From: the human T2T-CHM13v2.0 reference genome, Homo sapiens
Reading direction: 5' to 3' (one strand)
Assembly: GCF_009914755.1 (NCBI RefSeq)
Contig: NC_060934.1
Length of the DNA stretch: 64,000 nt
The position numbers and the translations under genes are program-made. The stretch's first letter is position 1, and each line of letters opens with the position of its first letter. A model generated the notes under the pieces. That model saw nothing but the letters and a program-made list of their open reading frames with translations, was not told the origin of the DNA and ran no database searches. This document shows positions 13,480 to 27,330 of this stretch, piece after piece.

Positions 13480-13685
13480 AGGCTCACCTGAGCACTTACA
13501 CCTGTGCCACATTAGCCAAATTACTGCAGCTTCTTGATCCTCGGTTTCCCCATATGCAGAATGAATGTGATAGTAACTGCCCCCGTATGTTTACAAAGAC
13601 CAAATTAGAAAACATGTACAAAGCAATGTAAAACAGTGCCTTCTATATAATAACTACTCAATAAACGTTCATTATGATTATCATC
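13480..13685 (+). mobile_element. MIR
   Basis: cctcggtttccccatatgcagaatg...aacagtgcc...ctcaataaacgttcattatgatt. Confidence 0.7.
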
Positions 13686-15624
13686 ATCACCATGCTCTTC
13701 CCCCTCCTCATTGTCCTCGTCATCCTCAACATTGCTGAAATGAGAAAATATTTTGGTAAAATACAATATTTTGACATTTCTTTAATGCCTAAATTCCAAG
13801 CTTTCTTGTGTTTTCTGGTCCAAAATATTCAACTCTCTAGCTTCAAGAAAGATGCTTGCTCTTCTCTTTCCACTTCATTCTTCTCTTTCCACCTCTGATT
13901 CTCATGTCTGTGTTTCCCCTGACCTTACATTTAGAGCCAGCCAATTCATTATTCAGCCAGTACCAGGCAGACTCAGAGAGGAGTGTGGATCCAAAACTAA
14001 TAGATATTGTCAGTTATTTGCACACTGAAATTAAGGAGATCATTGCCAGCTCCATGGAAGGTCTGCCAGAAAGCACAAGTGACAAAGACCTCTGGCAGCA
14101 ACAATCCTGGGATGATCAGGCTTTATTAAAAGGCAGTGATGGAGAGATTCCAAAACAGAACTGCTGGGTCTCAGAACTGCTGAAAGCCTCGGGTATCCCA
14201 GAACCTTTGAGTATGATTTCATTTGCCTTAGGTGGTAAATTAATTTCTGATTCATACAAGGGGGATGAGAAGAGAAGTGTGTTTTCAGAGGGAACCTTGA
14301 CCTGAGAAATTCAAATACTGAGCAAACAGAAAACAGAAACAGCTTAAACTTTTAAGGCTCCCAAAAAACTTGTCAGGCTTGTCATTAGTCCTACCTGCTG
14401 CTGTGGTCATCTTTCTGTCGTCAAGAATGTCCCCTTATACCAGCTTAAGATCTCTCTTTGGGTTTTCTGTCTTGCTTCCAATTATAGAAGGGTCTAATCT
14501 TTCATTATAAATACCATGCTCTTAATTATGGATATCTATGACAGACACAATAGATTCTCAGAACCTGGCCTCAGCACTCAAGACAAAAGACTCCAGTGAG
14601 ACACTCTGATGACCCAGTGGGGAAAATATTGCCCTGTGGTTATGCGTTATTATCGTTTTCAAGCTGCCTAAGGATACAGTAATTTGAAGATAAGGGGAAT
14701 GTCAATCAAATTATTCACATCCTTAGATCATATTTCATATTAGAAAGTAAAAATTAGTCTATTTTTCACTCAATCAGTTAACACAAATCATCATTTAAGA
14801 TGCAAATTTAACATAGATTAAAAATTCTTTATTGAGGGATGCTTCTTGGAGGCATACCAATTAAACATGTATTGGATTTTACATGACTTTTTTTGCTATT
14901 TTTTTGCTCATTTAAGATTCCAACTTGGCAAAGGAGATCCCAGGAAACTATCACACTTCCACCAAATTATTTTTGGACTTGAAAGAGAAATAGTGCTAGA
15001 ACTTGAAGCCAATTTTCAATACCCACAGAAGCTCACATAGCCCCAACCTATAAATGTGGTAGGGCATTAAATGAATAATATATTGGAGCACAAAATAGTA
15101 CATTGTGGAGTACTAGCGGCTGTATGAAAAAGGCAGAGTGAAAATCATCTTTTTTACTTCATGAAATTCAGCTACATTCCTGGCCTCATAAGATGGGTTT
15201 CAGGAACCCATGTAGCTTTGTGATGGTGAGCCTTGCAACCTAGCCCCTTGCTCCCTCAGTGACTAGCAGCAAAAATGAAAAGGATATGATAAGTTAATTT
15301 CACGATTGTTTTTTGTTGGTCTTATGTAAAAGTCTGGAAAATTAAAAAATTAAATAAATATATAAATATACAATGCCAGGTGTTTTCAAGACCCTATGAA
15401 GCAAGGGGCCATAATGTCCTAATTTTTTACAGCTAGTATACCTCCCACACGGTGCTCAGCATTGATAGGAAAAAAAATCTGTTTATTTAATACATGTGGA
15501 AATACAGTCTAGTAGAGAAGGCAAGACTGTATGTATGCAAAATAAATAGGAAAGGATTCACAATAGATTAAAAGATCACTGGGCGTGCTGAAATTGTCAG
15601 AAAATGTCTTGGTTGAAAGGAGGT

Positions 15625-16014
15625 TGATACTGCTTCGATGTTTGTCTCCTCCAAATCTCATGTTGAGATGTGATCCCCCATGTTAGAGGCAGGGCCTAAT
15701 GGGGGTGATGGGGGTGGGTACTTCATGAATGTCTTGACGTCCTCACCATGGTAATGAGTTCATGTGAGATCTGGTTGTTAAAGGGTCTAGGACCTCCCTA
15801 CTCTCTGTATTGCTCCCTCTCTCCCCATGTGAAATGCCTGCCCCTCCTTTGCCTTCCTCCATGAGTAAAAGCTTCCTGAGGTCCTGACCAGAAGCAGATG
15901 CTGGTGCCATGCTTCTTGTACAGCCTCCGGAACTGTGAGTCAAATAAACTTCTTTTCTTTATAAATTACTCAGTCTCAGGTATTCCTTTATAGCAATGCA
16001 AAATGAATAATATA
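15625..16014 (+). mobile_element. MSTB-like MaLR solo LTR
   Basis: ccaaatctcatgttg...gaagcagatgctggtgccatgcttcttgtacagcct...ttatagcaatgcaaaatg; TSD GAGGT/GAGGC. Confidence 0.88.
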
Positions 16015-16889
16015 GAGGCACATGACAAAATATCTTGAAGAAGATCAACAAACAGTCTTTATAGAGTGATATTATATGAAAGATGATTACATTCCTGATG
16101 GGAAAACAGTTAAGCTGGCACCAAGGTACAGTAAGGGCAACCCCAACTTTCATCCCTGAATTTCTTAAATTATGATTCCAAAGAGTTCTCTGAGGAATGA
16201 GGATTCATGTGTTGATGGCTATATGGTAGTGATACTCATGTGCTTCTCTTTGTGTTGGGACCTTCCTGTGATGTATCAGGGGTCTCAGCATCCATGTTTC
16301 TCCTTGTTCCTCCACCTGCTCAAATCACCCTCATTCTTCTAGGATAACTCAAGTTGTTTTTTCATGAAGCCTTCTCAAATGGTTCAGTCTTTATTTATTT
16401 ATGTTTCAAATGTTCATCTTGCTCCCTCAAAATGGATTGTACTATAATTTTTAAAATAAAGTCTATGCAAAGCAAAATAACATTGTGTGTTTATCAAACC
16501 ATGTCATTTCTCTGACTGATGAGAAAAAAAAATGGAAGACTAAATTTTCTTGCTTCTAGGTGAAGTCATTTGACCACTTTTATCTAATACTATGTGAGAG
16601 AAAATGTTGTTCACCATTCCCACACCCAGCCCCTAAAAACTCATCCTTCATGAGTTTCTTGTACCATTTAGTTTCCACAAAGAATCATACTTTGGTAATA
16701 GCCAAGTCCAAAAATAGAAGGAACCTGGACTCTTGGGTCAGTGCCTCGAGAAGAGCCATCAGGAGTACTCCTGACTGGCAATAATCTCAGAAACATGAGC
16801 AAATAATAAAATTTTATTATATTAGGACATTGAGATTCTATGATCACCTATATAATAACTACTATTTATTATCCTATTTAATATAGTTG

Positions 16890-17520
16890 TTTTTCTATTT
16901 ATTATAACTTTTAATTGAAGTATAACATATACATACAGAAAAATGCCCCAATTATTAGTATATAGCTTGATGAATTTTCACAAAATGAACACACTTGGCA
17001 TCCAGCACCAAGATCAAGAAACAAAAAAAAAATTATCACCTCTGTATTAGTTCATTTTCATGCTGCTAATAAAGACATACCCGAAACTGGGCAATTTACA
17101 AATGGAAGAGGTGTAATGGGCTTATAGCTCCACATGGCTGGGGAGGCCTCACAATCATTGCAGAAGGCAAGGAGGAGCAAGTCACATCTTACATGGATGG
17201 CAGCAGGCAAAGAGAGAGTGAGCTTGTTCAGGGAAACTCCTCCCTTATAAAACCATCAGATCTTGTCAGACTTATTCACTATCACGGGAACAGCATGGGA
17301 AAGACCTGCCTCCATGATTCAATTACCTCCCACTTGGTCCCTCCCACAACACATGGGAGTACAAGATGAGATTTGGGTAGAGACACAGTCAAACACTATC
17401 AAGCTCCTAAAAGCCACCTTCATGCCCTCCCCCAGCCACAGCTTTCAAGAGTTTCCAGTAGCCTGGCTTCCAACATCAAGCACTAGTTTTGCCTCCTTCT
17501 GCACTGTAGAAATGGAATCA
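16890..17520 (-). mobile_element. Old L1M (MD/ME-type) 3' fragment split by THE1
   Basis: ttttaattgaagtataacatatacatacagaaaaatgc...cttgatgaattttcacaaaatgaacacac; resumes after 17401. Confidence 0.6.
17043..17401 (-). mobile_element. THE1B-like MaLR solo LTR
   Basis: tgtattagttcattttcatgctgctaataaagacataccc...gagatttgggtagagacacag...tatca; TSD ACCTC/AGCTC. Confidence 0.93.
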
Positions 17521-18036
17521 TGAGACTGAAGTTTGATAGCCTCTCCTGATGTAAGAACACACCCTTCCTCACTCTGAATTTGGCCTAACCTGCAGTATCC
17601 TTAGCACTTACCTTCATCTTCTATAATAAAAGCAATTGTTTCTCATGTCACAGAGTGGGAGGAAAGAGGGAGATGTGGTTCAACACCAGGATTTCTACGT
17701 ATCTGGGTCTTCAGTCCCAAGGTTCTCAGGGAGATTTGGGGGACAAAGCTGAGTACAAAAGCAACATCTAGGACTTTGTCCTCAAAATCTCACTGCAATG
17801 TGTCAATGAGCTGGTGTTGCTCAAATGAGCAATGGGGACTGCTGCTTTCCAGACAAAAGTCCCACTATCACAAGGGCCCTTTATTCCAGGCCCAAACCCT
17901 AAATTCACCTTCTTAGAGCTTATCACCCTAATCAAGGTAAGATGAAGGCAAGGAAGAACATACAAAGGAAAGAAATAAGGAAAAAAATGAAGTAGCATAC
18001 AGACGCTAAGTATACAGACATTGGAGTCAGGCAGAA

Positions 18037-18397
18037 TGCTATGGATTGTGTTTACCACCTCCTTGAATTCATATGTTAATGCCTAATCGCCAATGTGATA
18101 ATGATAAGAGGTAAAGCCTTTTGAGAGGTGATTTAAGCCATAAGATCAGAACCCTCTTTTATGAGATTAGTCCCATTATAAAAGAGGTCTGAGGGAGCTT
18201 GTTTTCCCCTTCCACCACATGAGGACACAGCTAGAAGGTGCCACCATTGAGGAAGAAGGCCTTCACCAGGACCTGCATCTGCCAGCACCTTTATATCGGA
18301 CCTCCCAGGCTCCCTCCAGAACTAGGAGGAATCAATTTCTGTTCTTTAGAAGCCACCTGGCTTATATTTTTGTGATAGCAGCCCAAACTAAGATACA
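18037..18397 (+). mobile_element. MLT1A0-like MaLR LTR inserted in the 5' part of a MIR
   Basis: tgctatggattg...aattcatatgttaatgcctaa...gcagcccaaactaagataca; MIR head ttggagtcaggcag | ctaggtttgaatc on either side. Confidence 0.85.
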
Positions 18398-18599
18398 CAG
18401 CTAGGTTTGAATCACTACCCCACCACTTATTATATTTGTAAATTAGTCCTTTGTTATTTTTGGTGTCTGCATAATATTTCAAAGTGCAGCTGCTGTGTAA
18501 TTAAGTCATAGTCCCATTGGGACATATGGGTGACTACCAAAGGAAATGGCAAGGGGGTTTGGGGGTTTTTTAGTGCTTAATTTATGTACACTCACTTTG

Positions 18600-20200
<1,601 letters not shown>

Positions 20201-20949
20201 CTATGTCCTTATTTTTTTAATGTATACAGCAATATTGACTTGTTGCTACTCTTTCAGTTATGTGAATTTTAACATATATAAATCCATGTAAACACCACAA
20301 TAATCAATATGCAGAAAGTTAAATTACTACAAAATACTCTTATGCTTTCAGTTTGCTTTCTCCCTCTGTTCCCAATTATAATCTCTAAAAACCACTGAGA
20401 TAGTCTCCATACCTACAGTTTCCTTTTTTTTTAGTAATTAATCAAGCAGTAGTAACCTTTGGAGACCAGGTTCTTTCACTCACTGCAATGCCTTTGAGAC
20501 TCACATAAGTTGTGTGGATCACAAGTTTGTTCCTCTTTGTTGCTGTATCTGATCTATTCCATTGTGTAAATACACCTCGGTTTGTTTATCCATTAACCAA
20601 TTGAAGAACATTATGTTTTTTCCGATTTGAGTCAATTTTTAATAGTCGCTATAAATATCCATGTAGAGATGTTTGTGTGAATATATGTTTTCATTTTTCT
20701 AAGATATATTTCCAGGAGCGGGATTGGTGGAGTCACACAATAGAGTGCTGTTAACTTTGGAGGAAACTGCCAAACCATTTTCTAGTGTGGCTGTACCAGT
20801 TTTCATTCCACCAGCAATCTATGAAGAGTTCTAGTTGCTCTACACCCTTGTCAGTACGTGTTACTGAATGTTTTGTTTTAGCCTTTCTAATATGTAGTAA
20901 CATTTTATCATGATTTCAATTTGTAAATGTTAAAGACTTTTTTTTAGGT

Positions 20950-21470
20950 ATTCTTTTCTGAAATGGTCAGTCAGGTATGACCACATGAGAGAAAGGAGAG
21001 GCTCAGGGAAAAACTAAGTTTATTATACTAACAGATTTTAGAGATAGGAGGCATAGGAACACCATGCAAGGCCAGATGGGAAAGACACGGAGGTGGTCAG
21101 AAGGCAGAAGACAAGAGTGGAAGGACCCTGTAGGCCACAGTCTTTTTGAGAGTTTCCGCAGGAAAAGAAAGGGCAGAAAGAACAGATTAAGCCTGGCTAG
21201 TCTGAATAATGTCAGTAGACTCTAAGCTACAGGGATTGTCCTCAGGTGTCCAATACCAGGCTTTGAGATGATTAAGCAAGAGGAATGTTGGTTCCTGGAG
21301 TGTATAGGCCAGAGAGAGGAGGCATGGCTCTGGATTGATTAGTTTGCACCTCAAATGCATGCTCCTGGCTGAGCCCTTGCTATTTCTAAGAATTGGCTAG
21401 CTCCAGGAGGGGCAGTCTCTCCACAGCCAGAAAAGTTTTTCAAGATGTCAAAACATTATGATACACACAA
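20950..21470 (-). mobile_element. LTR40-like ERVL LTR
   Basis: gtggtcagaaggcagaag...ggctagtctgaataatgtcag resembles remembered LTR40. Confidence 0.55.
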
Positions 21471-21623
21471 CATTTATACTATAATAGTATTATAAATATT
21501 TTTAAATGCATATTTGCCAACTTTATATCCTCTTCAAGGAAGGGTATATTCATGTCATTAACCCTTTTTAGAATTGTGGTTTTATTTTCGTATTATTGAG
21601 TTTGGGAAGTTATATATTCTGGG

Positions 21624-21760
21624 GATAGGTGTGGTGACTCACACCTGTAATCCCAGCATTTTGGGGGGCTGAGGCAGGAGGATTATTTGAGGCCAAGAGT
21701 TGAAGACCTCTCTGGACAACATAGTGAGACCCCATCTTTACCAAAAATAAAATACAAAAA
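21624..21760 (+). mobile_element. FLAM / Alu left monomer
   Basis: gtggtgactcacacctgtaatcccagc...acatagtgagacccc followed by A-tail; monomer only. Confidence 0.85.
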
Positions 21761-21792
21761 GTTTATGTATACTTGTTAAAAGCAATTGTTTT

Positions 21793-22008
21793 TTATATAT
21801 ATTTATATATATGTATATATATTATATGTATATATACATATATACACATATGTATTATATATGTATATATGTCTGTATATATGTATATATGTGTATATAT
21901 GTATATATGTATTATATATTTATACTTATTTATATAATATTTATATATACATATATTTAATATACTAATATATAATATACAAATATATAATATTTACATA
22001 TATATATA
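21793..22008. repeat. Degenerate (TA)n/(TATG)n microsatellite
   Basis: Direct inspection. Confidence 0.9.
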
Positions 22009-22391
22009 GTTTTGCTAATATTCCTAATGTGTAGTTTATCTTTTCATTTCCTTAATAGGATATTTTGCAAAATCAACATTTTTAATTTAGATGAAGTCTA
22101 ATTTTTCCAAGTGTATTTTTAAATTGACAAATAATTATATATATTTATGGCACATAGTGATGTTTTGATACATATAATGTATAGTAATCATGTCAGGGTA
22201 ATTAGCATGCCTATTGTCTCAAACATGTATCATTTATTTGTGTTAGGAACATTTAATATCTTTCTTCTAGCTATTTGAAACTATATATTGTTATTCACTG
22301 TAGTCATCCTACCCTGATAAAGAACACTGCAATTTATTCCTCTTATCTAGCTGTGATGTTATATTCTTTAACAAATCTCTCCTTATTCTTC

Positions 22392-22777
22392 TGTATTAGT
22401 CCATTCTCACACTGCTCTCAAGACATACTGGAGACTGGGCAATTTATAAAGAAAAGAGGTTTAATCAGCTCATGGTTCTGTGGGCTGTACAGGCTCCTGC
22501 TTCTGGGGAGGCCTCAGGACACTCACAATTATGGCAGAAGGTGAAGGGGAAGCAGGCATGATCTTCACATGGCCAAAGCAGGACAGAGAGAGAAAGAGAG
22601 TAAAGGGGGAGGTGCTATACACTTTCAAACAACCAGATCTCCTGAGAACACTATCACAAGAAAAGCAAGGGGAACCACCCCAATGATTCAATCACCTCCC
22701 ATGCAGCCTCTCCTCCAAAACTGGGAATTACAATTCAACATGATATTTGGACGGGGACATGCAGCCAAACCATATCA
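22392..22777 (-). mobile_element. MSTA-like MaLR solo LTR
   Basis: tgtattagtccattctcacactgct...ccaaaccatatca; gctcatggttctg...gcttctggggaggcctcagg. Confidence 0.9.
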
Positions 22778-22848
22778 CCTTTCCTTCTTATTACTCTTCC
22801 CAGCCTCTAGTATCCTCTGTTCTATTTTTTAGTTCTATGAGGTCACCA

Positions 22849-23139
22849 TTTTTTTCTGAGGCAGAATCTCACTCTGTTGCCCAGGCTGTAGTGCAGTGGT
22901 ACAATCTTGGCTCACTGCAACCTCTGCTTCCCAGATTCAAGCAATTCTCCTGTCTCAGCCTCCTGAGTAGCTGGGACTACAAGCACGCACCACCACACCC
23001 GACTAATTTTTCTATTTTCAGTAGAGATGGGGTTTTGCCATGTTGGCCAGGCTGTTCTTGAACTCTAGACCTCAAGTGATCCACCCGCCTTGGCCTCCCA
23101 AAGTGCTGGGATTACAGGTGTGAGCCACTGCACCCAGCC
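22849..23139 (-). mobile_element. AluS (Sz/Sx-like)
   Basis: Full dimer; TSD tcaccatt on both sides. Confidence 0.95.
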
Positions 23140-23745
23140 AATCACCATTCTTTAGCCTCCACATATGAGTGAATGCAATGTTTAAGTATCTGCTCCTGGC
23201 TCATTTCACTTAACATAATGTCCTCCAGTTCCATCCATGTTACTGTGAATGACAGGATTTCATTTCATTTCAGAGCTGAGTAGTATTACATTGTGTATAT
23301 ATATCACATTTTCTTTACCCACTCATTTGTTTTTGGACACTAGTTTTACTCCATATCTTAGCTATTACAGTGTTGCAATAAAAATGGGGGTACAGATGTC
23401 TATTCAACATAACAATTTCCTGTCCTTTTGATATATTCCCAGTTGTACAATTTCTGACTCATCTGGTGGCTCTAGTTGTTTTTTTAAGGAACCTTGTATT
23501 GTTCTTTTTAGTGGTTGTACTAGTTTACATTCCAGCATGAATAAGAGTTCCCCTTTCTCTGCATCCTTGCCAGCACTTGTGACTTTTTGTCTTTGTAATA
23601 ATAGCCTTCCTAACTTTAACTTAGGTCTGTATTGTCTAATATAAGTATAGCTACTCTTGTTTACCTTTGGTTTCCGTTTACATAGAATATCTTTTTCCAT
23701 CCCTTAACTTTCAGTCTATGTATGTCTTTTCAGTAAGGTGAGTTT

Positions 23746-24831
23746 ATTTTATGATTATACTTTAAGTTCTTGGGTACATGTGCAGAACGTGCAGTTTTGT
23801 TACATAGGTATACACGTGCCATGGTGGTTTACTGCACCCATCAACCCGTCATCTACATTAGGTATTTCTCCTAATGCTATCCCTCCCCTAGCCCCCTACA
23901 CCACAACAGACCCCGGTGTGTGATGTTCCCCTCCCTGTGTCCATGTGTTCTCATTGTCCAACTCCCACTTATGAGTGAGAACACGCAGTGTTTGGTTTTC
24001 TGTTCCTGTGTTAGTTTTTTTAGTTTACTGAGAATGATGGTTTCCAGTTTCATCCATGTCCCTGCAATGGACACGAATGCATCCTTTTTATGGCTGCATA
24101 GTATTCCATGGTGTATATGGGCCACATTTTCTTTATCCAGTCTATCATAGATCAGCATTTGGGTTGGTTCCAAGTCTTTGCTATTGTGAACAGTGCCACA
24201 GTAAACATAGGCGTGCATGTGTCTTTATGGTAAAATGATTTACAATCCTTTGGGTATATACCCAGTAACAGGATTGCTGGGTCAAATGGTAGTTCTAGTT
24301 CTAGACCCTTGAGGAATTGCCACACTGTCTTCCACAATGGTTGAACTAATTTACACTCCTACCAACAACGTAAAAGTGTTCCTATTTCTCCATGTCCTCT
24401 CCAGCATCTGCTGTTTCCTGACTTTTTAATGATCGCCATTCTAACTGGCATGAGACGGTATCTCATTTTGGTTCTGATTTGCATTTCTCTAATGACCAGT
24501 GATGATGATCTTTTTTTCATATGTTTGTTGGCTGCATAAATGTCCTCTTTTGAGAAGTGTTGGTTCATATACTTTGCCCACTTTTTGATGTTTTTTCTTT
24601 TTTGTAAATTCCTTTGTTGATTCTGGATATTAGTCCTTTGCCAGATAGATAGATTGCAAAAATTTTCTCCCATTCAGCAGGTTGCCTGTTCACTCTGATG
24701 ACAGTTTCTTTTGCTGTGCAGAAGCTCTTTAGTTTAATTAGATCCCATTTGTCAATTGTGACTTTTGTTGTCATTGTTTTTGGTGTCTTAGACATGAAGT
24801 CTTTGCCCATGCCTATGTCCTGCATGGTATT
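23746..24831 (-). mobile_element. L1PA7/8-like 3' end (1.1 kb), 3' part of the U5-L1 chimera
   Basis: attatactttaagttct 3' terminus; frameshifted ORF2 C-terminal peptides in ORF track ([31 protein letters not shown]). Confidence 0.95.
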
Positions 24832-24906
24832 CAGAGTTGTTCCTCTCCATGGAAATCTTTAGTAAAAGGCAAACGATTCATACAATCTGAAGAGAAACCA
24901 CAGTAT
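24831..24906 (-). pseudogene. U5 snRNA retro-pseudogene (nt 1-76, truncated before the Sm site), fused to L1
   Basis: Reverse complement ATACTGTGGTTTCTCTTCAGATTGTATGAATCGTTTGCCTTTTACTAAAGATTTCCATGGAGAGGAACAACTCTGA; about 6 mismatches to remembered human U5; invariant loop-1 GCCTTTTAC intact. Confidence 0.93.
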
Positions 24907-25806
24907 GTGAGTTTCTCATAAACAGCATATAGTTAGGCCTCATTGTTGTTGTTTTTAATCTATTAACCCAGTTTTTATCTTCTAAATGGGAAATTTAATC
25001 CATTTACATTCAAGGTTACTATTGATAAGTAAGACTTACTCCTGTCACTTCATTGTTTTCTGGTTGTTTTATATAAATTTTTGTTTCTTACTTCCCATCT
25101 TATTTTTGCAATTTGGGTGGTTTTAAGTAGCCATAAGGTTTGATTCCTTTCTCCTTTGAGTATCAACTGTACCAGTGAGTTTTATAGTTTTTGCACATTT
25201 TCATAATGGTGATCATCTTTTCACTTCCAGATGTAAGATTACCTTGAACATTTCTTCTAAGGCTGGTCTAGCGGTGATAAATTCCCTTAGTCTTTGTCTG
25301 TGAAATATTTTATTTCTCTTTCATTTCTGAAGTATAATCTTTCTGAGTATAATAATTGCATTGCTAGGTTTTTTTCAGTACTTTGAATATATCATCTTAT
25401 TCTCTCCTGCCCTATAAAGTTTCTGCTGCAAAATTCAGTGTAAGTCTAATGATGATTCTTTCATAAGTGACTTGATGCTTTTCTCTTGCTGCTTTTACAA
25501 TTCTTTCATAATCTTTGACTTTTGACAATTTGAGTACATTGCGCCTCAGAGAGGACTTGTTTGAGTTGAGTCTATTTGGGGTTCTTTTAGCTTCTTAGGT
25601 CTGGATGTTCACCTTTCTCCCAAGACTTGAGAAGCTTTCTGCTATTTTTTTAATTAAATATGTTTTCCTCATTTTTTCTCTTCTCTTCTTCTTCTGAAAT
25701 GCTAATAGGAATATTTGTCCTGTAAATCCCAAAGGCTTTCTTCATTCTATTTTATTCTTTACTCTTTTGTTTTTGTTTTCCTGTGTAATTTCAAAAGACC
25801 TATCCT

Positions 25807-26066
25807 CAAGCAGGCGGATCATAAGGTCAGGAGATCGAGATCATCCTGGCTAACATGGTGAAACCCGGTCTCTACTAAAAAATACAAGAAATTAGCCAAG
25901 TATGGTGGTGGGCACCTGTGGTCCCAGCTACTTGTGAGGCTGAGGCAGGAGAATGGCATGAACCCAGGAGGCAGAGCTTGCAAGTGAGCCGAGATCGTGT
26001 CACTGCACTCCAGCCTGGGCGACAGAGCAAGACTCCATCTCAAAACAAACAAACAAACAAACAAAA
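25807..26066 (+). mobile_element. AluY, 5'-truncated
   Basis: Y-diagnostic gagatcgagatcatcctggctaac, gaatggcatgaacc, gagcttgca; (CAAA)n tail. Confidence 0.9.
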
Positions 26067-26599
26067 GCTAATTTGGTGTTGAAGTTATTTTTTGTTACAT
26101 TAAATTTTTCAGCTCCAAGATTTCTGATTATTAAATGATATTTATCATTTTATTGGATTTCTCAAAATTTTTTTTCTGATTTTATTGAATTGTCTATTGG
26201 TATTTTCTTGTATCTCACTGAGTTTCTTAAAGATTATTATTTTGAACTTTTCCTGGCATTTTATATATTTATGATACCAGTCTTTGGTTTTTTTTTTTTT
26301 TTTTTTGGAAATGGCATGTTTCTTTGAGTTGTCATGGTTGGTGTATCCTTATGTTGATTTCTATGTATCAAGTCATCTTTTCTAATTATATATGGTTTTG
26401 TAGGAAATGATTTAATTGTATGAATAAGTCTTGGGATATCATTTTGTGGGGTATGTTGGCCTTGGTTCTAGGTAGACATAGTAGTGTAGTCTTCATGTTG
26501 AATCTTCAGTTGTAATCCACGCTAGAGGTCTTTTTGAGTTTCTCAGTGGCTTAGACTGAGTGATCTTGTGGCAATGGTGGTGTGGTTTTGCCAGGAATG

Positions 26600-27330
26600 G
26601 ATTTTCAGGCTGTTTCTAAAATCAGGAATGTGTGAGTACACATGGTAGGTTGGCCAACTTGAGGTATGGATTACTGGAGTTACAGCCATGGGACTGTTCA
26701 TGAGCCTGTGGTTGCTAGGTCAGCCTGGGTGTTTGCCTGACAGGAGTGGCTGGTAAGGCCATTTCCTCAGAGGTGGGACACAAGTGTAAGGCTGCTCAAC
26801 CATCGTAGGGGGCATGCCTGCTGCAGCAGCCCACAGAGCTGTTTCTCAGGCCTGGGACAGAGTTACATGGCTGCACAGTTGGCCAGGGTGTGTGTTTGCT
26901 GGAGATGGTCTATGGGCCATTTCTCTGGCTCAGGACATAAGCAAACAGCCGCTTAGCTGGGCAGGTGACATGTCGGTTAGTGGCAGCTCACAGGGCTGCC
27001 TCTCAAACTCTAGATGTGGATCCAAGGCTACTTAGCCAGGCTGGGGATATGGCTGCTAGGAGTACCCTGTGGAACTGTTTATAAGCCCTTATTGGAAGTG
27101 CAGGGCTATTAAGCAGACCAGGAACATGTCTGTGAGGAGTAGGGAGGCTGCTGGGCTGTTACTCAGGTCCCAAGCACAGGCTCGTAGCCACATTGGCTCA
27201 GGGGCATATCAGCTGCTGTAGGCTCAGAGACCTCCCCCACTTAAGGGAGGGCACATAGTATTTGGCCAACTTAAGGGTGTATTTGCCCTGGGTGAGACTG
27301 TTGGACTGTTCTACTGGCTGACAGTGTGGC
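26600..27330 (-). repeat. Degenerate ~79-bp tandem monomer array in the 5' region of the old L1
   Basis: ggctgtttctcagg-like anchor recurs near 26608, 26691, 26757, 26837, 26915, 26994, 27073, 27154, 27304. Confidence 0.7.

Noticed and set aside
14041-14058. 17/18 match to 48516-48533 (cattgccag.tccatgga)
   Set aside because: Similarity does not extend either way; treated as chance.
26600-27330. Regularly spaced repeats resembling a CRISPR array
   Set aside because: Eukaryotic context, degenerate units without unique spacers, no cas genes; explained as L1 5' monomers.
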